Assembly (NCBI GenBank): GCA_030390025.1
Contig: CM059449.1
Location: 1,488,001-1,552,000, forward strand
Direction of reading: 5' to 3'
Length of the DNA stretch: 64,000 bases
From: Squalus acanthias
Lineage: Eukaryota
Made by a program: the position numbers and the translations under genes. Every line of letters starts with the position of its first letter. Positions within the stretch are counted from its first letter, which is position 1. Shown here one piece after another: positions 49,801-60,540 of the stretch. Under the pieces are notes generated by a model that did not search any database, was not told the origin of the DNA, and saw nothing but the letters and a program-made list of their open reading frames with translations.

Positions 49801-50778
49801 GCTGTGCCCGGTAAGGTGACCAGAGTCGGGGACCTGCTCGATGGCGGAGGAGTGGGCTGGATGGCGCCGGAGGAGTTGGCGAGGCGCATGTCCTGGGTCA
49901 ACGTCCGGCTCGCGGTCAAAGCCATCGAGTCGCTAAAAGTGGCACTGGGCCCCGTCTCCACTAGGTGTGTCGAGGAGGCTCAAGCACGTGGGGCGATCCC
50001 GTCCGAACTGACCCCCGTTCGGACGGAATTCCTTATCGGCGCCCGGCCCCGAATCCTCCCTCGGGAGCCGCCGCCTCACCACTTGAGCCTTCTCGGAGAA
50101 ATGCCCTCCGTGCCCTTTCAATCCGCACGGAGGCGTTTCCTGTACGGGCTGCTCCTGCACACTCTCCACTTTGCCATCTTCGTCTGCCGTCCGGACACGC
50201 CTTGGCGTACCATCCTGCCGTCCGGCGGAGGCGAAGGTCCCCATTGGAAGGCTCTCTACGCGGGAGTCTTCCCTTGTTCTATTGGGGACTTGGCCTGGAG
50301 GGTGTTGCACGGAGCAGTCCCGTGCAATAGGATTTTAAGTAGGTTTACGGACTCCCAGGCTGCTTGCCATTTCTGCGGCCTGGAGGAGTCCGTCTATCAC
50401 ATTTATGTTGAATGTGAGAGGTTGCAGCCCCTCTTTCATTATTTGAAGGGGCTGCTCCTCAATTTCTGGTTGCACTTCAGCCCCACGCTCCTGATCTACG
50501 GTCACCCGGTGCGGAGGGGAGCGGGTAGGTCGGAGGACCTCCTCGTAGGACTGCTCCTGGGCCTGGCCAAGAAAGCCATTAATTGGTCCAGGCAGCGGGC
50601 GGTCGAGGGGGTCGTTCGGCCCGATTGCCTGCCTCTCTTCCGCGGCCATGTTCGCGCCCGGGTGGCCCTGGAGATGGAGCACGCGGTGTCCGCCGGCACG
50701 CTTGAGTTTTTCCGCGACCGGTGGGCGCCGCGGGGGCTGGAGTGCATCGTCACCCCGGACTTCCAAATTTTGATTTGA
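46879..50778 (+). pseudogene. Tx1 copy 2 ORF2 with premature TGA
   Basis: CGA in copy 1 is TGA at 49006-49008 (CpG transition), just after YADD. Confidence 0.92.
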
Positions 50779-50882
50779 TTTATTAAGTTTCATTTAAAGT
50801 TTTAATTGATTTACAGTAAATTTGGGTTCTGTCAAACCAAAAAGATGAGCACCAGGTTATAGTCCAACAGTTTTATTTGAAA

Positions 50883-50919
50883 TCACAAGCTTTCGGAGCG
50901 CTGCTCCTTCGTCAGGTGA
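50883..50919 (-). ncRNA. Minimal hammerhead ribozyme (PLE family 1), intact at the downstream Tx1 junction
   Basis: Reverse complement reads tcac CTGACGA aggagc agc gctcc GAAAGCTT gtga. Confidence 0.82.
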
Positions 50920-53202
50920 AGTAAAGGAATACAAATCTTAAAGAGGTGGCTGCAGAGATAGTGGATGCATTGGTTGTAATCTACCAAAATTCCCTGAATT
51001 CTGGAGGTCCCAGCAGACTGGAAAACCGCAAATGTAACGCCCCTATTTAAGAAAGGAGGGAGACAGAAAGCAGGCAACTATTGACCAGTTAGCTGAACAT
51101 CTGTCAGTGGGAAAATGCTGGAGTCCATCATTAAGGAAGTGATAGCAGGACATTTAGAAAATTACAATATAGTCAAGCAGAGTCAGCATGGTTTTATGAA
51201 AGGGAAATCATATTTGACAAATTTGCTGGAGTTCTTTGAGGATGTAACGAGCAGGGTGGATAAAGGGGAACCAGCAGATGTTGTGTATTTGGATTTCCAG
51301 AAGGCATTTGATAAGGTGCCACATAAAAGGTTACTACACAAGATAAGAGATCACGGGGTTGGGGGTAATATATTAGCATGGATAGAGGATTGGCTAACAG
51401 AAAACAGAGAGTCGGGATCAATGGGTCATTTTCAGGTTGGCAAGCTGTAACTAGTGGGGTGCCGCAGGGATCAGTGCTGGGGCCTCAACTATTTACAATC
51501 TATATTAATGACTTGGATGAAGGGACTGAGTGTAATGGAGCCAAATTTGCTGATGATTCAAAGATAGGTGGGAAAGCAAATTGTGTGGAGGATGCACAGA
51601 ATCTCCAAAGGGATATAGATAGACTAAGTGAGTGGGCAAACATATGACAGATGGAGTTTAATGTCGGAAAATGCAAGGTTATCCACTTTGGTAGGAAAAA
51701 TAAAAAAGCAAATTATTATTTAAATGGGGAGAGATTACAAAATGCTGAGGTACGGAGGGATTGGGGGATCACTGTACATGAATCACAAAAAGTTAGCATG
51801 CAGGTACAGCAAGTAATTAGGAAGGCAAATGGAGTGTTGGCCTTTATTGCAAAGGGAATGGAGTATAAAAGTAGGGAAGTCCTGTTACAACTGTACAGGG
51901 CATTGGTGAGACCACACCTGGAGTACTGCATACAGTTTTGGTCTCCTTATTTAAGGAAGGATATACTTGCATTGGAGGCAGTTCAGAGAAGGTTCACGAG
52001 GTTGATTTCGGAGATGAAGGGGTTATCTTATGAAGAAAGGTTGAGCAGGTTGGGCCTATACTCATTGGAGTTTAGAAGAATGAGAGGGGATCTTATTGAA
52101 ACATAAAAGTTTCTGAAGGGGCTTGACAGGGTAGATGCAGAGAGGATGTTTCCCCTCATGGGGAATCTAGAACTAGGGGGCATAGTTTCAGAATAAGGGG
52201 GCACCCATTTAAATCGGAAATGAGGAGGAATTTCTTCTGAGGGTAGTGAATCTTTGGAATTCTCTTCCCCAGAGAGCTGTGGAGGCTAGGTCATTGAATA
52301 TATTTAAGGTGGAGATAGACAGATTTTTGAACGATAAAGGAGTCAAGGGTTATGGGGAGCAGGCAGGGAAGTGGAGTTGAGGCTAAGATCGGGTCAGCCA
52401 TGATGTTATTGAATGGTGGAGCAGGCTCAAGGGGCCAAATGACCGACTCCTGCTCCTACATCTTATGTTCTTATGTTTTTATATGTAGGATCTTCTGACA
52501 CCAGGGAAAGGTACAAGTAAAAAAGTCTGATATTCAATCTGTCTCTTCTCTAGTTTACAGTGTTGGTCTCGGTCTCTCGCCTTTATCAATAATTCTATGT
52601 TCTGCGCTGCTCTGAGCATCTTTATTTCTGCCTTAGATGAACACATGCTGTCCTACACACTACTTCTCGTCCTGCATCTTTGTAAATCAAGACTAATTCC
52701 ATGGTCTCATTATCTCATTCTTTCCCAGGACCTCCTCACTTCTGTAATACTTTTCTTTACCAGAATCTCCCAGCATTGAAAACCCCAGCATGGTGTCCCT
52801 TAAGCAGTTTTTCTTGGTATTCCTCTACTGGTTCTGCCTTCCTGGTGCCCCACACTATTGCACTTTGATCCATCACACAGGTTTCGCAATTTAAAAAGAT
52901 GCAGTAACGGAACCAAGAAAATTCTCTGATAAAATGCATTGTCCTTTTCTCTTTGAATACATCACCCAGCACTTGATAAAGCATATGGCCAGTATCCATG
53001 TCTGAAAATACACATTACACCACTCATAATATACATGAACTGCACAATCTTTGACTGTATCAGATAATATTAATCGAGGGACCTAGAAATGGAGAGACTC
53101 CAGTGTCCACACAAAAAAATATACCATATTGGTAAACAAATACTGCCAGTAAATATTATTCACTTGACATGCTTCAGACACCCCACCCACCTAGTTTCCT
53201 GA

Positions 53203-53797
53203 TTTGAGTATAGGAGCAAGGATGTCTTACTACAGTTGTACAAGGCCTTGGTGAGACCACACCTTGAGTATTGTGTGCAGTTTTGGTCGCCTTATCTGAG
53301 GAAGGATGTTCTTGCCATGGAGGGAGTTCAGTGAAGATTCACAAGGCTGATACCTGGAATGGCAGGAATGACATATGAGGAGAGATTGGGTCGATTGGGC
53401 TTATACTCACTGGAGTACAGAAGAATGAGAGGGGATCTCATCGAAACATATAAAATTCTGACAGGTCTGGACAAACTAGATGCAGGAAGAATGTTCCCGA
53501 TGGTCGGAGAGTCCAGAACCAGTGGTCATAATCTAAGGATAGTGGGTAAGTCATTTAGGACAGAAATGAGGAGGAATTTCTTCACCCAGAGAGTGGTGAA
53601 CCTGTGGAATTCTCTACCACAGAAGGTAGTTGAGGCCAAGTCATTAAATATATTCAAGGATGAGTTAGATATATTTCTTAAAGCTAAAGGTATCAAGGGA
53701 TATGGGGAGAAGGCAGGTACAGGGTACTGAGTTTGGATGATCAGCCATGATCTCATCGAATGGCCTACTCCTGCTCCTATCTTTTATGTTTCTATGT
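53203..53797 (+). mobile_element. CR1 3' fragment
   Basis: [13 protein letters not shown]...RRNFFTQRVV plus tail. Confidence 0.9.
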
Positions 53798-54059
53798 AAG
53801 AAATCCACTCATTAATCTTTTGATCACTAACCAGTGTGATGTTAATGTTCAGAACTGTCAGTTATCTTTTGTGACTAATGTGTGAACAGCACCTCTGAAA
53901 GGAACGGACTTGTGCAACAAAACAGTGATGTGTGGAGAGGAAAGGCAGCTCTGAAAGTGGGATAAACATTATTCCACCAGTGAAGATAATGTGTGGATTA
54001 TAAAGGATTTGTTTGTAAGTACAAGAAAGGGGAAAGGGATAACCCAGGAAATTATCGTG

Positions 54060-54537
54060 GAATCATAGAATAGTACAGCACAGAAGGAGGCCAATCAGCC
54101 CATCGAGTCTGTGCCGGCTCTTTCGAAGAGCAATCCAGTTAATCCCACTCCCCGCTCTTTTCCCATATCCCTGCAATTATTTCCCCTTCAAGTTTTTATC
54201 CAATTCCCTTTTGAAGGCTACTATTGAATCTGTATCCACCACCCTATCAGGCAGGGCATTCCAAATACGAACCACTCGTTGCATGAAAAAGTTTTTCCTC
54301 ATGTCGCCTCTGGTTCTTTTGCCAATCATCTTAAATCTGTGCCTTCTGGTTAGCGACCCTTCAGCCATTGGAAAGTTTCTCTTTATTTACTGTAAATGCT
54401 TCATGATTTAAACACCTCTATCAAATCTCCTCTTAGCCTTCTCTGCTCTAAAGAGAACACCACCAGTTCTCCAGTCTCTCCACGTAACTGTAATTCATCA
54501 TCCCTGAAGCCATTCTAGTAAATCTCTTCTGCACCCA
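54060..54537 (-). mobile_element. CR1 3' fragment
   Basis: RKNFFMQRVVRIWNALP plus tail. Confidence 0.88.
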
Positions 54538-55190
54538 TGTAATCCGATAGTCGCAGGCACAGCAACAGGAAAATGTCTCCCTATTCGTGTGGAAGGGTCA
54601 CTTGAAGGAGAAGATGGCTTGGAAATTCTTTGACTTTCTGAGGGTGGAATAAAAGTACAAATCGGGTGGAAGAGGTGCAGAACTGGGGCAGATTCTGGTT
54701 CCTTGGGGACTCCGCCCCTTTTCCCACCTTGTAAAATTCCTACAAGAAAGGGCTGATGAAAGAAGTTCCTCCTTTGCGGTGATGTCATTGGAAGAGGTGA
54801 GGTTGGGGGGATGACTTGACTCCACAGGATTCCTGCCAGTTCCCCCTTTACTGCAGGCGGACAGACTGAGTGATCAAGTGCAATTACTCGCCTTCCATGG
54901 GCAGGCACCTGGGGTGGAGCTGTAAATGGTGCAGGCTCCCATCACCCTTTGTGTAAATGAGTCTGTCCCGAGGATTTGGAATGGGGTTAAGCCCGAGCTA
55001 GACGAGCAGCCGGAAGTCCCACCCACTACACTTGGTGGTAGAGGGGGGCTCCAGGAATTTCAGGGGCTGTGTGTGTGCAGTTTCCTCAGGAACCATTATG
55101 CTTGAAGGCTGTTGTTTTCCAGAGATCAGGTGAAGTAGCCACAGATGGAAAGTTATACTGTATGGTTCGTTAGTACTGCTTTGTATAGAA

Positions 55191-55855
55191 TAGTGTTGTC
55201 CAATAGAAATTGCTGACTGGCTGCTAGGTGTGGCAATGGTGACACCACTTTAGCCACATGGACTAATTCTAGTAGAAAATGCCCTACGTACACTCACAAT
55301 ACGGGTAAATGTGCTTCACGTGGATATTTAGTGACAAACACCTACCACCATTCAATAACAAAAGGAGGTAAAACAGTCAATGAAAGAAAACACTCGCACA
55401 CTCTGCTTTTCATCTTCTTCTTGGGCAGTCCCTCGGAACCGAGGATGACTTGCTTCCACATTAAAACTGAGTTCTCAGGTGACTGATGAGTCCAATGCGG
55501 GACCTACAGTCTCTGTCACAGGTGGGGCAGACAGTGGTTGAAGGGGCGGGTGGCTGGGGTGCTTGGGTTGACGTGCGCTCCTTGCGCTTGGCTTCCGCTT
55601 GCTCCCGGCGAAGAGACTCGAGGTGTTCGGCGCCTTCCCGGATGCTTCTCCTCCACTTTTCATCTTGCCTTTTTAACAACAACTGCACAAAGGTTGAAGT
55701 ACACATGCATACGCTATGCAAATGAGTATTAAGATCACATTCCCAACGACGGTGTCTATTACCCATTTTTATTTACTGATCTTTTATGCAATTAGCCACA
55801 TTTGGATTCCCAATTAGCCGCATGTGGCCAGTGGTTAATGTATTGGCCAACACTG
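55191..55855. mobile_element. hAT (Charlie-like) MITE
   Basis: TIRs tagtgttgtccaata / tattggccaacactg; 8-bp TSD gtatagaa (55183-55190 and 55856-55863). Confidence 0.88.
55417..55655 (-). mobile_element. RTE-clade LINE 3' fragment nested in the hAT MITE
   Basis: CPTCDRDCRSRIGLISHLRT zinc finger, (GAA)n tail, 11-bp TSD cttttcatctt. Confidence 0.85.
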
Positions 55856-56764
55856 GTATAGAAGCAAACAGCGAACTATTAATCATGTTCAAAGTCACGT
55901 GAAGCACAAGTGCGATGAGGAGCTGGCCTCCCCCTCAGTGGGCAAAGATAGTCCAGTGCGAAGTGAAGTTTGAAAAGTTATCACAGGATTTGTTAAGACT
56001 ACCTGAGAACTTTAAAAGAAAAAAAATGAAGTTTAAAATGTTTGCAGAGTGGACTGTCGTTTCCACTCGCTTCTGGTGTGAAAATGTAACCGCATTTGTT
56101 GAGCGAGGGTGAAGCAGATCCCTGCAGTGTAGCGCGTGTCTGACAGTCCCTCTCCCCCTGCAGTATAACTTGCCCATTAGACTTTGCTGAGGTGAGGAGG
56201 AAAGCAGGCAGGGAAGGTGCCGTGTACCGTGAGAGATGGGAAAGTTTCATGATTGGGCCCTTGGTGAGGTTGGATATGAACATTTATTAAGTCTGATTAT
56301 ATGAACAGTCCCTATTGGGGACATTATCTCCCAGGCACAATGTGAAGCAAGTAGTGAAGAATTGTGGAAAAATTTCCTCTGTTCGGTATTTTTAACCGAA
56401 TTGTAAATGTCCTGAGAACATTCACCATTTCCCAAGAAACATCACCCAGAGTAAATCTTCCCCCCTCCCATGTTGATCTTGCTCCATATGGTGACAGGAG
56501 CAAATTATCACCACAACTCTGATCCAGTTACACACACTTCTATTGTGCTGGGCCAAACATACATCATCACGTGATAAAATCACCATCAGCTTTTTTCTGT
56601 TCTTTTTCTACTGGGGTTTCTCTGTTTCCATATTAGGAATTTTCCTGCTGATCTAGCTTCAAAATGGACGCTGTTTTCATTATTATCTTCCCCGTGTGTT
56701 TGTTCAGTCCACTCCTTCATTGTGGAAGCAGGGAAATTCTCGTCAGGAGCTGGTCTACTTCATT

Positions 56765-57123
56765 TTTAAAAATTCGTTTATGGAATGTGGGCGTCGCTGG
56801 CAAGGCCAGCATTTATTGCCCATCCCTAATTGCCCTTGAGAAGGTGGTGGTGATCCGCCTTTTTGAACCGCTGCAGTCCGTGTGGTGAAGGTACTCCCAC
56901 AGCGCTGTTAGGCAGGGAGTTCCAGGATTTTGACCCAGCGATGATGAAGGATCGGCGATATACTTCTAAGTCAGGATGGTGTGTGACTTGGAGGGGAACT
57001 TGGAGGTGGTGGTATTCCCATTCGCCTGCTGCCCTTGTCCTTCTAGGTGGAAGAGATTGCGGGTTTGGGAGGTGCTGCCGAAGAAGCCTTGGCGAGTTGC
57101 TGCAGTGCATCTTGTAGATGTAA
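56765..57123 (-). mobile_element. LINE 3' fragment, same family as 33736-34415
   Basis: YKMHCSNSPRLLRQHLP...WNSLP. Confidence 0.85.
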
Positions 57124-57991
57124 CCAGCTCTTCTATTTATTAACTCTCTGAACATAGAAAAAGTCCCAAGGTGCTTCACAAAGGGAAAAAGCCAATTTTC
57201 ATGAACTTGCTGTGCCCGAGTTATCCAATAGCCCCAGGAACAGGGCAGTTGTTCAATTTGTCACCTGTGCATAAACTGGTATTGTAGATTTTCCTCCCAT
57301 TACAGAAACCGCGTTATTTCATTTCCAGTGATTTTAGTGGAAGTTGGACAGATTCCAGGATGAGCAGCTGGTCCCAATTCCAGTTTTACACCGGGCAGTA
57401 GGTTGAATCTCTCGCCCAGTATCTCCCAAGAAACCAGTATAGTTGGAGACGGTTTCATTGTTTGCCAGAGATCAGGTTAAGTAGCCATCGACAGAAAGCT
57501 ATACTACGCAGTTTATGTCTCCACAAAGTAGATTCAGTTTTACACAGAAGCAAACTGCCTATTGTAACTGGAATGTCAAGTCATAAGAAACGCAGACCCT
57601 GTGAACAGGTGGTGTCACATCAAGTGGAATCTAACAGCTTCACTTGTGTCTGTCAGTCCATCTCACCCTCTACACCTGACTGTAACTGGCTGCTTAGAGC
57701 TTGCAGAGGTGAGTGGGAAATAGGGAGGGAAGGGGCTGTGCACAGTGCAAGATGGAGATGTTTAAAGATTGGGCACTCTGTGAAGTTGGATATTAGCATT
57801 TTAATAAGTCTGAATACAATCGGCCATTAATAGTGAAGATATTCAGCAGTCATATTGTTTTGCGACACCATAAACAAATGAGAATTTCCTCTGCTCAGTA
57901 TTTGTGATGTGTGAAAAGAACGGGTTTACCATTTCACAAGAAATGTTGCACATGGGCAATCTTCCAGTTGATTCGGATGTTGCTGCAGATT

Positions 57992-58333
57992 GGGGGGGAA
58001 TTTCACTCCTGGTAAAGTGAGCGGTGTGCCCGTGTGGCAGCATGCAGGCTCGGCCGATTTTAATGGCCGTGTATCCTGAGCAGGCCCCTTGTCGAACTCC
58101 CGACCAAAAGAGACAGGATGTTGGCAAGAAACGGCTGCCCAGCCATTAAAATCGGGCAGCAGGAGCCGGCCACTGAGCAGCCAGGGGACCGACCCCGGCA
58201 CAAGGGAAGTGTCGCTGGGAGAGGGGTTGGAAAGGAAGAAGATTAAGAGGCTGTAAGTTTTTGAAGTGTGTAAAACCAGCGGTCAATCCACTACGGCCTC
58301 TTCTCCGCGCGGCGGTAAGTGAGAATTCACCTC
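57992..58333. mobile_element. Possible degenerate MITE
   Basis: Imperfect TIRs gggggaatttcact / agtgagaattcacctc around a GC-rich body. Confidence 0.35.
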
Positions 58334-58373
58334 ATGGAATCAATCTGCCAATAAAATGTAATCTTTCATTTAG

Positions 58374-59593
58374 CTTCAGTAACCATGGATTCCAACACAG
58401 CGCATTCCGAGTTAAACCTGTCCGGGGACAAGAGGAGCGTGACCCACCGAGAGACGCCTCATGACACCAAGGAAAGGTTTGATCATTATCCACGCATTCT
58501 GGGTTCTGCCCCATTTGCATCAGGTAAACATTACTGGGAGGTGGAGGTGGGGGTGAAGACTGCCTGGGATATCGGCATTGCCAAGAAGTCCGTCAATGAG
58601 AACAACACAACTACCGCTTCCCCCAACATTGGCCCGGATTTTACGATCGGAAGCCTCCGATCTGGAAAAGAATCTACGAACTTGCCTGCTGGGTCTGTAG
58701 GTCCCGACCCTTCCGCTCCTGGGCCTCTCCTGGTGCCGCGTGCAGAGCCCCAGGTATCCCGGGGGCGCAGGCAGTTCGCCAGCATCCCTGGGATCACGTG
58801 GGCCATGGGGAACCAATCAAAGAAGGGAATCCCCCTTCATACTTTTGACAGGTCTCTCCGGATAGACCTGTTAAAAGTATGAATGGGGATCACTCAATAA
58901 ACACACAAATACATTTTTTTTTAGAAATTACGTATTTAAAATTATTTTAAACATTTAATTTTTTGAAAAAAATTAGTTTTTTTTTTACAGGGCTAAAAAT
59001 AAACTTACCTTTTTTTAAAAAGTATTTTTAAATTTTTAATGAGTGAAATTTTACTTTTTTAAACTCTATGATGGTAAAAGCAGGAAAAGGTTTTCAGCGG
59101 GCGGAGGTTCTGCGGAAAGCGAAACACTCCACCCGTAGAGGCCCTTCTCCAGGGCAGGCGGAGGATCTGTCAAGAGGATTCTTGACAGATCGGAAGTGCT
59201 GTTTTTCAGCGCATGCGCTTCGCATGCCTGAAACCGGCACTTGCGAGGCCCGTACGGGTGTACACACCCGTGGGGGTCGGAAACTACAGGCCAATGAGTT
59301 CTGGGCTTTGATGCGGAAAGATGAGGAGGAGTACAAAGCTGTCGGTTCAAGTGTAATCCTCCGCAGTCTGAGCCTGAGACAGATACCAAAGTAGATTGGA
59401 GTTTACCTGGACTGTAAAGAAAAAACACTCTCATTTTACAATCCTGAAAGTCAGTCTCTTCTCCACAGTCACTGGTATCAGTGGGGATCTGTATCCTTTG
59501 TTCAGTCCTGGATTGAACCAAGGAGGCAAAAACTCAGAACCACTGAAAATCTGTCCTCTCGAAGACATTAGAGGTGACAAAGTATCTTTGTAG
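58374..59593 (+). pseudogene. B30.2 (PRY-SPRY) terminal exon, disrupted
   Basis: Phase-1 acceptor; VTMDSNTAH, ERFDHYPRILG, SGKHYWEVEV, WDIG, FWAL, IGVYLD, LSFYN, LYPLFSP; MITE insertion, TAG at 59392 and a frameshift near 59450. Confidence 0.92.
58631..59292. mobile_element. GGCC-ended MITE inserted in the B30.2 exon
   Basis: Imperfect TIRs ggcccggattttacga / tcggaaactacaggcc; flanks att / aat; removing it plus 3 nt restores the frame (SPN-N-EFWAL). Confidence 0.85.
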
Positions 59594-59849
59594 GCGAGAG
59601 GTGTTTCTTAAAGTGCCTCGCAGATCTGAAATGGACTGAGCCGTTGACAGTTATATTCATTTCTATTTTTTGTATTAAACTCATTAAATGTGATGTTCTT
59701 TATAGAGTTAAGATTCACTAGTTCAGTAGAAATATTTACAAGCATAGAAATGTGTTGGTGCCTTATCTGGATTAAAAGCCCATATGTCACTCTCCCTCTG
59801 AGGTGCCTGGATTGAGCAGTTTGAACATCTCTGGATGTCCCATCAGTCA

Positions 59850-60540
59850 GGCTGAGATACTCCAAGCTGTTGGCTCTCTTCAGGCTAATAAGGCTCTTGG
59901 CCCAGATGATTTCTAGCTGACTTGAAGGATGACTACTGAATTAGCGTTGTAAGTATTTCATGAAATGATTAATACTCGTTTCACCTCCAACACTTGGAGA
60001 GATGCTTCAGTCTCTCGTACTGAAAGTGTTTCCCTGTCTGTGAGTTGGCCTTCTCTTAGCCTTTATCTTTTGAATTGCAACTCATCTGAGTGTTCTGGAG
60101 ATGGACAGTTTCAATACCTTGCGGATCATAAGGAAGTCTCCAAATGTTAAAATGAAGCAGAAGTTGATAAAGCCTTTCCGTTTATAAAAAAAGCAAAGTA
60201 TATGGGGTCCTGGGTTTTATAATCAGAAGTCTAAAGTACAGAGAAATGATTCTAAACCTATACAAATCATTGGTTCGGCCTCAGTTAGAACATTGTGTCC
60301 AGTTTTCAATGCCTTACTTTGGAAAAGGTGTCAAGGCCCTGGAGAAGAAATTCAATGAGAGGATATCAGAGATGAGGTTCAGTTGTGAGGAGAGACTAGG
60401 ATGCATTTCACTGGAACACAGAAGATTAAGAGATCGGACAGAAGTGATGAAGGATTTTGATAAGATTCGAGGGGACAAACTATTTCCACTTTTTCGTGGG
60501 TCATAACTTTAAGATCCTCACCAAGAAAATGAGAGAGAGA
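59850..60540 (+). mobile_element. Old degenerate CR1
   Basis: LYKSLVRPQLEHCVQF remnant. Confidence 0.6.

Larger units (their letters stand above)
43734..50849 (+). mobile_element. Full-length Tx1 copy 2, with nonsense codons in both ORFs
   Basis: Colinear with copy 1; followed by a 50-bp copy of the target (50850-50899). Confidence 0.95.
36449..50936 (-). mobile_element. Short Penelope family 1 terminus (parts 36449-36555 and 50850-50936) hosting two Tx1 LINEs
   Basis: Joined halves match the element end at 21399-21489 and 61953-62075. Confidence 0.88.
35870..52480 (+). mobile_element. CR1 LINE split into 35870-36448 and 50937-52480 by the PLE/Tx1 composite
   Basis: ORF2 HPRALKE|VAAEIVDAL is continuous across the insertion; aaagaggt duplicated at 36441-36448 and 50940-50947. 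Confidence 0.9.

Noticed and set aside
37400-50800. Many overlapping and antisense ORFs within the Tx1 copies
   Set aside because: Expected from high GC and scarce stop codons; no recognisable domains.
36503-50899. Three-copy 53-bp repeat as an LTR, CRISPR repeat or snRNA/tRNA target
   Set aside because: No TG...CA ends or PBS, the spacers are whole LINEs, and it does not resemble U2, 5S or tRNA; it matches the PLE terminus found elsewhere in the window.
52757-53001. Minus-strand ORF with plausible splice sites
   Set aside because: No recognisable domain and no partner exons, so it cannot be supported.
56637-56739. 13-bp inverted repeat pair as a MITE
   Set aside because: Short, no TSD identified, and could be chance or heavily decayed.
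58629-59294. 2-bp AT duplication (ISL2EU-type) for the GGCC MITEs
   Set aside because: It would leave the B30.2 and integrase frames shifted; a 3-bp duplication restores both.
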